A DNA stretch of 64,000 nucleotides from a virus (lineage: Duplodnaviria; Caudoviricetes). Location: the IMG/VR virus record IMGVR_UViG_2636416019_000001, positions 2,400 to 66,399 of that record; one strand, given 5' to 3'. Shown piece by piece: positions 27,898 through 36,778 of the stretch. Each line of letters begins with the position of its first letter. The first letter of the stretch is position 1. The position numbers were made by a program, and so were the translations under genes. The notes below the pieces were generated by a model, which worked only from the letters and a program-made list of their open reading frames with translations, did no database searches and was not told the DNA's origin.

Positions 27898-28477
27898 GCT
27901 CGCATTGATTCGCACCGCCCAGGGCCTGGTACCGGCCACTGAGGCTGACCGTGAAGTCACCCAGCGCTGGAAGCTTGGCCAGGTGGTGCACGGCAAATTC
28001 ACCAAGATGCGCAACGCCAAGTTCCACGGGAAGTTCTTCTCGATGCTTGATCTGGCGTGGGAGTACTGGGAGCCCGTCGGCGGCCTGATCCCTCGCCAGG
28101 AGATGCGCGGCATCCGCGGCCTGGCCAAGTTCTTCGAAGCTCAGAGCGGCAAGCCAGGGCAGCTATCGAATGCGGTAGACGCTTACATCTCTGGGCTTGA
28201 GCAAGTTCGTTCCGAGCGCTTCCCTGCGGTCGACAAGTCCCGCGAAGCCTTCCGCGAGTGGGTGACCATTGAGGCTGGTCACTTCCATCTGGTGCGCACC
28301 CCCGACGGTGTACGCAAAGAAGCCAAGTCCATCAGTTGGGCCAACATGGACGACACCCAATTCGAGCCGCTGTACCGGGACGTCTTCAACGCCTGTTGGC
28401 GGCTGGTGCTGTCGGCGCATTTCGAGAGCGAGGAGCAGGCCTTAGCTGCGGCAGACATGATCGGGAGCTATGCATGA
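27890..28477 (+). CDS. DUF1367/NinB-like protein
   Basis: RNAKFHGKFF..AFREWVTIEAG..KSISWANMD. Confidence 0.8.
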   Translation: MAELALIRTAQGLVPATEADREVTQRWKLGQVVHGKFTKMRNAKFHGKFFSMLDLAWEYWEPVGGLIPRQEMRGIRGLAKFFEAQSGKPGQLSNAVDAYISGLEQVRSERFPAVDKSREAFREWVTIEAGHFHLVRTPDGVRKEAKSISWANMDDTQFEPLYRDVFNACWRLVLSAHFESEEQALAAADMIGSYA

Positions 28478-28806
28478 AAAGTTTTTACTGGCGTTGGGCT
28501 ACTTCCACTCTTTTCGGGGCGTATTACGGGAAAAAATATTGTGCCGAATGGGATGCCGCTCTCAACCGGTTGATAGACAAGCACTGGGAGTCGGTCGAGG
28601 TAGGGGCTCACACGGCGAAGCTTGGCGGTGCGCAAGTGTGGATCAGCAACGCGTTCTATTCATACGGCAACCAGTACGGCGGTGTCGCTGAATTCCGGCC
28701 TTCAGTCAGGACCATGCGCCGCCTGGACAGCCTTGTTCGGTATGTGCAGGACAAACAGGAAGACGAGAAGCGTCAGGAACACCTAAAGCAAATGGGTGGC
28801 TTCTAA
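28474..28806 (+). CDS. phage hypothetical protein
   Basis: 110 aa, ATGA overlap. Confidence 0.7.
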   Translation: MKSFYWRWATSTLFGAYYGKKYCAEWDAALNRLIDKHWESVEVGAHTAKLGGAQVWISNAFYSYGNQYGGVAEFRPSVRTMRRLDSLVRYVQDKQEDEKRQEHLKQMGGF

Positions 28807-29414
28807 TGCTCACTGCCAAACAACCCAAGCCGAAGAAATGCCGCGTTCCAGAGTGTGGGGCCTCATTCGTCCCTTCACGCCTGGGCCAGGCCGTATGCAG
28901 CCCGGCTTGCGCAATCATCGATGCGCCACGCAACCAGGAGAAGGCGCGCAAGTCGCTGGCCCAGGTTGAGCGCCGGGAGATCAAAGTTCGCAAGGAGAAG
29001 CTGAAGAGTAGGGCGGATCATGCCAAGGAGGCCCAGGCGGTCATCAACCGGTATGTCCGCCTGCGTGATGCTCACCTGGGCTGCATCAGCTGCGACAAGC
29101 CGGCGAGCTGGGGCGGTCAATGGCACTGCTCTCACTTTCGCAGCGTTGGGGCTGCCGCACACCTGCGCTTCAACCTATGGAACATGAATAAATCCTGTTC
29201 CCAGTGCAATGCGCACCTGAGCGGAAACATCATGGTTTATCGGCCTCGCCTGGTAGAGAAGATCGGCGTGGAAAAGGTGCAGTGGCTGGAGTGCAATCAG
29301 GAGTTGGTCCGCCATGAGATCCCCTACCTGAAGCGCTTGAAGGCTGTCTTCACAAAGAAGGCGAGACGCCTTGAGAAGCGATACGAGGAGGCCTACTCAT
29401 GTGCAGCGATGTGA
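28806..29414 (+). CDS. ninG: NinG/Rap recombination endonuclease
   Basis: KKCRV..VCSP.CA, YVRLRD..CISC, HFRSVGAA.HLRF..C..CN.HLSGN. Confidence 0.9.
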   Translation: MLTAKQPKPKKCRVPECGASFVPSRLGQAVCSPACAIIDAPRNQEKARKSLAQVERREIKVRKEKLKSRADHAKEAQAVINRYVRLRDAHLGCISCDKPASWGGQWHCSHFRSVGAAAHLRFNLWNMNKSCSQCNAHLSGNIMVYRPRLVEKIGVEKVQWLECNQELVRHEIPYLKRLKAVFTKKARRLEKRYEEAYSCAAM

Positions 29415-30031
29415 TTCTTCTGCGCAAATTCACTGAAGTCCGCTCTGGGGGGCGTAGGTCTATCGGGGTATTTCAGTGCCGCGACTGTCTTGGGGAGTTT
29501 GAGACTCGGACGGAGCGAGCAAAGGTCATGACCGGACTTTGTATCCCGTGCGCAAACAAGCGAGGTGCAGTGAAGCGGTCCACCCACGGCTTCAACAACA
29601 CCAACAGCCGGCTTCACGTCACCTGGTCAAACATGAAGCGAAGGTGCCTGAGCCCGCGCGGCAAAGAGATTGAGGTTTACGAGGGCGTGACGCTCTGCAA
29701 TGAGTGGATGAGCTTCAAGCCATTTATGGAATGGTCCCTGGCGAACGGTTACACCGACCGCATGACCATTGACCGAATTGAGACCAGCAAAGGCTATGAG
29801 CCGGGCAACTGCCGGTATGTGGACTACAGCGTGCAGGCAGCAAACCGACGTATCACCGACAAGAACACGAGCGGCCACGTAGGCGTCTCTTGGGATCGGG
29901 GGAAATGGTGCGCCAAGGTCCAGTGGAAGAAAAAGCAGATACACCTCGGTCGGTTCGACGAAATCAAGGATGCGGTGAAGGCCAGGAACGATTACCTGGA
30001 CGCCAACAACCTGCCGCACTTGAGGGCCTAG
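29399..30031 (+). CDS. homing-endonuclease-like protein (degenerate HNH + AP2)
   Basis: W.NMKRRC, W.SF..F, TIDRI..GYEPGNCR, NTSG.VGVSW, HLGRF..A..ARN. Confidence 0.85.
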   Translation: MCSDVILLRKFTEVRSGGRRSIGVFQCRDCLGEFETRTERAKVMTGLCIPCANKRGAVKRSTHGFNNTNSRLHVTWSNMKRRCLSPRGKEIEVYEGVTLCNEWMSFKPFMEWSLANGYTDRMTIDRIETSKGYEPGNCRYVDYSVQAANRRITDKNTSGHVGVSWDRGKWCAKVQWKKKQIHLGRFDEIKDAVKARNDYLDANNLPHLRA

Positions 30032-30035
30032 ATCG

Positions 30036-30119
30036 ATGAAATTCGACAACAAGATCAAAGCCATCAAGGCCGAATACCGGGACAAGACCCGAGAACTGAA
30101 AAAGGGGCAGGCAGCATGA
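30036..30119 (+). pseudogene. displaced original ninG 3' end (27-codon mini-ORF)
   Basis: MKFDNKIKAIKAEYRDKTRELKKGQAA*; stop overlaps the Q start (ATGA). Confidence 0.6.
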
Positions 30120-30802
30120 AACTGATCAACGCACGTCAGGCATGGACTGACGCTCAACACGAATCGAATGCCTCGATTACCGCGGCGGCCATCGACTCGG
30201 CACAGTCGGCCAAGGTCAAGACCGGCGGCCGCATTGGAAAGCGCGAAGTTCAATTCCCGGCCATGGGCAGCGAGAAGGGGGAAGAGGCGGCACGTTTCTC
30301 GGTGCCAGGCCAGCGCATCAGCATCAGCGAGACGCGTCGGGCGCCGATCGGGCGCTCTACGGCCCGAGCTGCCCACCTGGCGACCATGGGTAAGGTCCAG
30401 CGCGCAATTGGGACGTTGCCGTTCCAGGTGCAGCAGTTCGGGCACTACCTGTATCACCCCTGCATGACTGTGGTGCACATGCTCAATGCCGAGAAGCTGA
30501 TCTGGGCCGATACCGATTTTTCATCGCTGACCGATGCCAAGGCGGCCAAGGTGCATTGCCTGATCACCTGCGCATTGCAGTCGTACAAGGCTGAGGCAAA
30601 TGGCGGAACTCCATGGGGGCCGGCGCGGGTAGCTGAAGGGATGCTGAAGCTCTACGGTATCGCCATTGAGCCCAAGCATTGGGATCGGGACTGGAAGGAA
30701 GTTTGGGAGTTCCTTCGTGCCGCCATCCAGGACGTGGATATTCAGGCTCAACAGCCAGTTTGGCAGGTGATTCACGCGGAAAAAGAAGAAAGTGCAGCGT
30801 AA
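30116..30802 (+). CDS. late antiterminator (Q-like)
   Basis: last early gene, followed at once by a strong promoter and terminator. Confidence 0.75.
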   Translation: MKLINARQAWTDAQHESNASITAAAIDSAQSAKVKTGGRIGKREVQFPAMGSEKGEEAARFSVPGQRISISETRRAPIGRSTARAAHLATMGKVQRAIGTLPFQVQQFGHYLYHPCMTVVHMLNAEKLIWADTDFSSLTDAKAAKVHCLITCALQSYKAEANGGTPWGPARVAEGMLKLYGIAIEPKHWDRDWKEVWEFLRAAIQDVDIQAQQPVWQVIHAEKEESAA

Positions 30803-30806
30803 TTAG

Positions 30807-30835
30807 TTGACATGGTGGGGTTTTGTAGGTACTTT
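30807..30835 (+). promoter_or_regulatory. late promoter pR'
   Basis: TTGACA-N17-TACTTT. Confidence 0.85.
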
Positions 30836-30877
30836 TTCTACATTGCGCAACGTGACTCCAGCGCAGACAGTCATTTG

Positions 30878-30907
30878 AAACCCGGCCACCGAGCCGGGTT
30901 TTTATTG
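30878..30907 (+). terminator. tR'-like terminator
   Basis: AAACCCGGC-CACCGA-GCCGGGTTTTTATT. Confidence 0.85.
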
Positions 30908-31212
30908 TCCGCAAGAAACCATCCACCGTACCCAGGGCGGCCCTCGGGAACACCTGGGCACTGATAAGCCGGCAAGTGCAGTGCTACGAGAAAACTCCGG
31001 CAGCCCGCGCACCCTGACCTCACATGCTTTCAGGGTGGCGCGAGGCCTGAGCGGCGAGACCGATGCAGCAGGGTGTCGGCGCAGCGATGGCTACGGCAGA
31101 CGGCGGGAAAGACCGCGCACCTATTCAGGGCCTCAGCATTCGCTGGGGCCTTTTTGTTTTGGGCAATGCCCGGGCCAACGCAGGCCCTTTTTTATCCCCA
31201 TGGAGACACCTA

Positions 31213-31536
31213 ATGGCAGAACCAACGAGCACTGCCGCCAGCGTATTGCTGGTCAAGTACGGCGTGGTCATGGCTGCTTTCATTGGCTCGATACTGTCCC
31301 TCGGCTTCCTGAAGGACCTGACTCGGGGCCAGGCGGCCGCGGCTGTGGCTACTGGCTTCTTTTTCTCGGTGTACCTGACTCAGCCTGTTACCGCTTGGCT
31401 CGCTACAAAGCTGAGCCTGGTAGTGGATGACAACCTCCTGTGTGGGGTGGCGTTCGTGCTGGGCCTGACCGCGATGAACATCATCCCGGCCATCAAGAAG
31501 GTCATCGGGTCGTTCCCTGCGACGCGAGGCGCCTGA
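31213..31536 (+). CDS. holin
   Basis: MAEPTS start, three TM helices, first late gene. Confidence 0.75.
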   Translation: MAEPTSTAASVLLVKYGVVMAAFIGSILSLGFLKDLTRGQAAAAVATGFFFSVYLTQPVTAWLATKLSLVVDDNLLCGVAFVLGLTAMNIIPAIKKVIGSFPATRGA

Positions 31537-31537
31537 C

Positions 31538-31810
31538 ATGAGCAGCATCCTTGTAACGGCGCTGGGTGTGATCGATGCGGTCTTGTGCATCCTGGTCGCC
31601 CTGGCTGCCTGTGACTACCTGCGCCGAGTTCGGCCGATCGACCAGCCCCTGCTGAGCATCGCCTTCTACCTGGTGGCCATCGGCGCCTTCGGTTCGTTCG
31701 TGACGGCCATGCAAGGCCAGTGGGTGAACCCCTTTGGCGTAATGCTGCATGGCGGGGTCGTGGCGTATGCCTGGGCTCGCCGCGGGCATGTGTTCGATGT
31801 GAAGGGGTAG
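31538..31810 (+). CDS. holin/antiholin-like membrane protein
   Basis: 90 aa, three hydrophobic segments. Confidence 0.65.
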   Translation: MSSILVTALGVIDAVLCILVALAACDYLRRVRPIDQPLLSIAFYLVAIGAFGSFVTAMQGQWVNPFGVMLHGGVVAYAWARRGHVFDVKG

Positions 31811-31814
31811 GGCG

Positions 31815-32111
31815 GTGGAGTACCTGATAGGCAGCAACCACTACTCGGCGAGCTACCAGGACCTACGCGAGGAGCACGCCCGATTCGCCGGGATGACCGA
31901 CAAGCGCTTCCTGAAGGAGCTTCCCGCGGCGCTGCACTTCGCCGTGTTCGTGTGCTGGTTCAAGGAGCTGCCGTCGAGCCAGGTCCTTTCTGATGAAGGG
32001 ATCGTTCACCAGCTGGCCCACCTGATTCACCTAAAGGGCGAGCCGCTGGTGATGACCAGGCTTGGCGAGATCCGCGAGCTCTTCAACAAGCAGCTGCAGC
32101 TTGCAGCGTAG
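31815..32111 (+). CDS. phage hypothetical protein
   Basis: 98-aa ORF with phage-like codon usage. Confidence 0.7.
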   Translation: MEYLIGSNHYSASYQDLREEHARFAGMTDKRFLKELPAALHFAVFVCWFKELPSSQVLSDEGIVHQLAHLIHLKGEPLVMTRLGEIRELFNKQLQLAA

Positions 32112-32171
32112 GTCGCGACACGTTTCGCGAATCATCAAATTGTGTCGCGTAATGCGGCAAAGGAGAAAGGC

Positions 32172-32459
32172 ATGAGCAGTGGTTACTCGAACCCGGTTTG
32201 CAAAGGCGATTGGGCGCTGGGCTCTGCGTGCGGTCGGTGCGAGCGCTGTGTAGCGGGTCGCCCTGGTACAGCCAGCGTCACGCGCTTACACCATGTCTTG
32301 CCGATAAGCACAGACGTCAACAAGGCTCTGACTGATCTGGATGGCGCGATCGCCAAGGCCATCGATGCCGCCAAGGCTGCTGGTCTGCCCCAGGGCCTGA
32401 TCGTCGCAGAGCTGCATGGGCATGCCCACGCACAGACCCACAGCATGGTAATTCGATGA
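32172..32459 (+). CDS. phage hypothetical protein
   Basis: AAGGAG RBS; Cys-rich N-terminus. Confidence 0.65.
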   Translation: MSSGYSNPVCKGDWALGSACGRCERCVAGRPGTASVTRLHHVLPISTDVNKALTDLDGAIAKAIDAAKAAGLPQGLIVAELHGHAHAQTHSMVIR

Positions 32460-32647
32460 CCGCAGACATCCATGACATCGCTGACCAGCGCCCGCACCTG
32501 ACGGTTGCGGCTGATGACGGTGTCCATGTGCTGCCCTGCGACCTGGTGCGCTCAGTGATCGCCGGCGACAAACCATCAGCCATCCTGACTGAGCCGGTTC
32601 TGCGCCGGATCATTGAAGAGTGGTTCGAAAAGGTGACGGCGCAGTAG
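32456..32647 (+). CDS. phage hypothetical protein
   Basis: 63 aa, ATGA overlap. Confidence 0.65.
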   Translation: MTADIHDIADQRPHLTVAADDGVHVLPCDLVRSVIAGDKPSAILTEPVLRRIIEEWFEKVTAQ

Positions 32648-32677
32648 GTGTGCCGCAGGTGAGTGCGGCACTATTAC

Positions 32678-32893
32678 TTAGGAGACTTTCAATGCGGCTT
32701 GTATCAAGTCTGCGTATCCGGAAAGCCTGTCCATCTCCCAGGGGAGCTGGCCATCATTACTTGGTGAGTTTGAGACCTTCTCTGCTATCAGTTCTAAGGC
32801 AGCAGAAACAGCAAATGCCCTTTGAGCTGCTGGTGGGAGGCTGTGGTATGCACCTCCACCAACCGTAGTTAATGCCTTGATTGCTTCTGACAT
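32678..32893 (-). CDS. hypothetical protein (antisense moron in the late operon)
   Basis: 71 aa, AAGGAG RBS, lower GC. Confidence 0.75.
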   Translation of the reverse strand: MSEAIKALTTVGGGAYHSLPPAAQRAFAVSAALELIAEKVSNSPSNDGQLPWEMDRLSGYADLIQAALKVS

Positions 32894-32967
32894 GATTGCG
32901 CTCCTTGCGTTGAGTTGAAACCCACCAATACCGGCAACCAGCCACTATTTCAAGTATCAGGTGACCT

Positions 32968-33582
32968 ATGGGCAGGCCTATGCCTCCAGAGTCGCTGCTG
33001 GACCTGTCTGACATCGGTATCTACCTAGCTCCAGCCCCGGAAGTATGGGAGTGGCTCCAAGCCGAGATCCTTGCCGACACCGGCAGCATCTACAACGAAG
33101 ACCATGCCCACTTACTGGATGCAGACATTCAGGTCATGTGGGCATCGTCGAGCTTCGAGAAACAGGGCCGGACGGTCCTTGGCCAGGCTGAGCAGGTGGC
33201 CTTCCGTGCCGGTGGTTGGCAGAAGGCCCGGATGGAACAGCAGATGCATGACTGGTTCGGTGATGTGCCGGCCTTCATCATCACCCTGGCGGCCGACTAC
33301 TGCGCCCAGTGCTCCGACGTTGAGTTCTGCGCGCTGGTTGAGCACGAGCTCTATCACATTGCCCAGGCCACCGATAAATACGGTCAGCCGGCCTTCACTG
33401 AAGAAGGCGCTCCCAAGCTGAAGCTGCGCGGACACGACGTCGAGGAGTTCGTCGGCGTGGTCCGGCGCTACGGTGCAAGCCGAGAAGTGCAGGCCCTGGT
33501 GGACGCTGCAAACAATCCTGCCGAGGTGGGGAAATTGAATATATCGAGGGCCTGCGGAACCTGTCTGCTCAAGTCGGCCTGA
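32968..33582 (+). CDS. putative phage metallopeptidase
   Basis: LVEHELYH (HExxH) and HDVEEF..VVRRYG. Confidence 0.85.
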   Translation: MGRPMPPESLLDLSDIGIYLAPAPEVWEWLQAEILADTGSIYNEDHAHLLDADIQVMWASSSFEKQGRTVLGQAEQVAFRAGGWQKARMEQQMHDWFGDVPAFIITLAADYCAQCSDVEFCALVEHELYHIAQATDKYGQPAFTEEGAPKLKLRGHDVEEFVGVVRRYGASREVQALVDAANNPAEVGKLNISRACGTCLLKSA

Positions 33583-33613
33583 TTCTGGACAGGCTCTGGA
33601 CGGATGAAAATCT

Positions 33614-34075
33614 ATGGCAGCCCTTCAAAACGACGTGAAGGCCTTTATTGTTCAGGCCCTGGCGTGCTTTGACACGCCATCACAGGTGGTTGAAGCAGTC
33701 CAGAAAGAATATGGGTTGACGGTTACTCGCCAACAGGTGGAGACGCACGACCCAACCAAGACGTCAGGCAAAGGCCTGGCAGCCAAGTGGCAAACCCTTT
33801 TCCATGACACCCGCAAGCGCTTTCGCGAAGAGACGGCCGAGATCCCGATCGCCAACCGTGCGTACCGACTGCGCGCCATGAATCGCTTTGTCGAACGCGC
33901 CGAGGGGATGAAAAACATCTCCCTGGCTATGCAGATCCTGGAACAGGCTGCCAAGGAGTGCGGCGACGTCTACGTGAATCGCCAACGGAAGGACGAGCCT
34001 GACGACGAGCCGGCGATCCCGACCCGAATCCAGGTCGACGTAGTGGATGCGAGGAAGCCGAATGCCGAGCCTTAA
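33614..34075 (+). CDS. terminase small subunit (DUF2280-like)
   Basis: FIVQALACFDTPSQV..HDPTK..IPIANRAYRL..LEQAAKE. Confidence 0.85.
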   Translation: MAALQNDVKAFIVQALACFDTPSQVVEAVQKEYGLTVTRQQVETHDPTKTSGKGLAAKWQTLFHDTRKRFREETAEIPIANRAYRLRAMNRFVERAEGMKNISLAMQILEQAAKECGDVYVNRQRKDEPDDEPAIPTRIQVDVVDARKPNAEP

Positions 34076-35363
34076 CGTTCCGCAGGCTCAGTTCCTCACG
34101 CTACCCCACAAGTTCCGCGCATTTGTTGCTGGCTTCGGCTCGGGGAAGACCTGGGTTGGGTGCTCGGCACTGAGCAAGCATTTCATGGAGTGGCCTGGCG
34201 TCAACGCTGGTTACTTCGCACCGACTTACCCTCAGATCCGGGACATCTTCTATCCAACCATGGATGAGGTGGCCTATGACTGGGGACTGAAGACCAAGAT
34301 CAATCAGGCGAACCATGAGGTTCACATCTACAGCGGCCGGCAGTACCGCGGCACTGTGATCTGCAGGTCGATGGAGAAGCCGCAGACCATCGTCGGCTTC
34401 AAGATCGGCCATGCCCTGGTGGATGAGTTGGACGTGCTGACGTCGATCAAGGCGCAGCAAGCCTGGCGCAAGATCATCGCCCGGATGCGTTACAACCTGC
34501 CGGGCCTGAAGAACGGCGTGGACGTCACCACGACGCCGGAAGGCTTCAAGTTCGTGTTCCAGCAGTTCGTGAAGCAGCTGCGCGACAAGCCGGCGCTCAA
34601 GGAAATGTACGGCCTGGTCCAGGCCAGCACCTTCGACAACGAACTGAACCTGCCGGACGACTACATCTCATCGCTGATGGAGTCGTACCCCGAGCAGCTG
34701 ATCAGGGCCTACCTGAACGGCCAGTTCGTCAACCTGACCTCTGGCTCGATCTACCACGCTTACGACCGCAAGCTGAACCAGTGCTTCGACACTGTTCAGC
34801 CGGGCGAGCCGCTGTTCATCGGCATGGACTTCAACGTCGGCAAGATGGCGGCGATCACCCACGTCAAGCGCGAGCAGGGGCTGCCCAGGGCAGTGGATGA
34901 GCTCATGGATGGCTACGACACGCCGGACATGATCCGCCGCATCAAGGAGCGCTACTGGCGCCACAACGGCAACGACTTCGAAAAGACCTGCGAGATCCGA
35001 ATCTACCCGGACGCCTCTGGCGACTCGCGCAAGTCGGTCAACGCCAGCATGACGGACATCGCCATGCTCAAGCAGGCCGGCTTTTCCGTCATCGCGCCCG
35101 CGGCGAACCCGCCGGTGAAGGATCGGATCAACGCTATGAACGCCATGTTCTGCAACGCCCAGGGCGAGCGGCGTTACCTGGTCAACCCGTTCACCTGTCC
35201 GACCTACGCGGACGGCCTGGAGCAGCAGATCTGGGCGCCCAATGGCGAGCCGGACAAGACGCAAGGCAACGACCACGCCAATGATGGCGGCGGTTACTTC
35301 ATTCACCGCGAGTACCCGATCATCAAACCGGTCACCGCTATCAAAATGGGATACGCCCGATGA
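34062..35363 (+). CDS. terL: terminase large subunit
   Basis: Walker A AGFGSGKT, Walker B LVDE, TTTPEG, GMDFN nuclease. Confidence 0.95.
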   Translation: MPSLNVPQAQFLTLPHKFRAFVAGFGSGKTWVGCSALSKHFMEWPGVNAGYFAPTYPQIRDIFYPTMDEVAYDWGLKTKINQANHEVHIYSGRQYRGTVICRSMEKPQTIVGFKIGHALVDELDVLTSIKAQQAWRKIIARMRYNLPGLKNGVDVTTTPEGFKFVFQQFVKQLRDKPALKEMYGLVQASTFDNELNLPDDYISSLMESYPEQLIRAYLNGQFVNLTSGSIYHAYDRKLNQCFDTVQPGEPLFIGMDFNVGKMAAITHVKREQGLPRAVDELMDGYDTPDMIRRIKERYWRHNGNDFEKTCEIRIYPDASGDSRKSVNASMTDIAMLKQAGFSVIAPAANPPVKDRINAMNAMFCNAQGERRYLVNPFTCPTYADGLEQQIWAPNGEPDKTQGNDHANDGGGYFIHREYPIIKPVTAIKMGYAR

Positions 35364-36778
35364 GCAACGACGTCTCCTTCAAGCGGGCGGACTACCTCGA
35401 GGCGCTCGATCGCTGGTCTACAGTGCGCGACGTGTGCGCCGGCCAGCACCGGGTTGTCGACCGACTGCCGTACATCAACGCACACGACAAGTCGCCAGAG
35501 AATCAGGACCGCAACAAGGCATACCGCGAACGGGCAGTGTTCAAGAACGCTACCGGGCACACCCGTAACGGGCTGCTTGGTCTGGCCTTCCACAAAGACC
35601 CGACGTTGACGGTACCGAAGAAGCTGGAGTACCTACAGGACAACGCCAACGGCTCCGGCGTGAGCATCTACCAGCACTCGCAGGGCACGCTTGAGAAGGT
35701 GCTTGAGGCGGGGCGTCATGGCCTGTATGTCGACTACCACCAGGATGACGGCGTCGGCGGCCACTCTGTGATCCTGTCGTACTGCGCCGAGGAAATCATC
35801 AACTGGCGCACCGGCATGGTGAATGGGCACAGCGTTCTAACCCTGGTGGTGCTGCGAGAGGCTCCGGAGGTGGAGGACGGCTTCGGCTTCAAGGTGATTG
35901 AGCAGTATCGCGAGCTGGCACTTGAGCCTGACGGCTTTGTCTGTCGGGTCTGGCGACGGTCTGGTCCTAAAGGTGGAGGCCCGCTGGCCGTCGTTGAGGA
36001 GTTCAGGCCTGAGGGCATCACTGGACGCCTGAAAGAGATCCCGTTCACCTTCGTCGGCGCGCAAAACAACGACCCCAGCATCGACGAGTCGCCGCTCTAC
36101 GACATCGCCATGATCAACCTGGGCCATTACCGGAACAGCGCTGACTATGAGGACAGTGTCTTCTGGTGTGGCCAGGCCCAACCGTGGATCTCCGGCCTGG
36201 ATGAACAGTGGCGCGACTGGATGGAGAAGAACGGCGTCTATGTTGGTTCCCGTGCTCCGATGATGCTGCCTGTTGGTGGCGCATTCGGTTACGCGCAGCC
36301 ACTGCCGAACACGCTGGTCAAGGAGGCGATGGCCGACAAGAACCAGATGATGATCGAGCTGGGTGCTCGCATGGTGGTGGCTTCGCTTTCGTCCAAGACG
36401 GCGACAGAGGCCCGCGGCGATCAATCAGCATCTACTTCGGTGCTGGCTGGTTGCGTGGCCAACGTCAGCGAGGCTTACACCCGGGCAATCATGTGGTGCT
36501 GTGCCTACATGGGCGTCACGGACAGCAAGGTCGCCTACCAGGTCAATCAGGAGTTCGTTGAGCTGACGGCTGATCCGCAGATGATCACCGCGCTGGTTGG
36601 GCTCTGGCAGAACGGAGGGTTCGCGAAGGCTGACTTGCGGGCCTACCTGCGCAAGCTGGGCCTGATTGCTCCAGAGCGCACGGACCTGCAGATCGACGAT
36701 GAACTGCAGGAGCAGGGCGACGGCCTGGGCCTGGATGACGAGGACGCACCAAATGGCGGTAAACCAGGCAATCCTTGA
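35360..36778 (+). CDS. portal protein (DUF4055-like)
   Basis: position after terL; Y.ERAVF.NAT, PLYDIA..N..HY. Confidence 0.85.
   Translation: MSNDVSFKRADYLEALDRWSTVRDVCAGQHRVVDRLPYINAHDKSPENQDRNKAYRERAVFKNATGHTRNGLLGLAFHKDPTLTVPKKLEYLQDNANGSGVSIYQHSQGTLEKVLEAGRHGLYVDYHQDDGVGGHSVILSYCAEEIINWRTGMVNGHSVLTLVVLREAPEVEDGFGFKVIEQYRELALEPDGFVCRVWRRSGPKGGGPLAVVEEFRPEGITGRLKEIPFTFVGAQNNDPSIDESPLYDIAMINLGHYRNSADYEDSVFWCGQAQPWISGLDEQWRDWMEKNGVYVGSRAPMMLPVGGAFGYAQPLPNTLVKEAMADKNQMMIELGARMVVASLSSKTATEARGDQSASTSVLAGCVANVSEAYTRAIMWCCAYMGVTDSKVAYQVNQEFVELTADPQMITALVGLWQNGGFAKADLRAYLRKLGLIAPERTDLQIDDELQEQGDGLGLDDEDAPNGGKPGNP

Noticed and set aside
30961-31005. hammerhead ribozyme (CTGATAAG resembles CUGAUGAG)
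   Set aside because: Core mismatch and no GAAA after the candidate stem II
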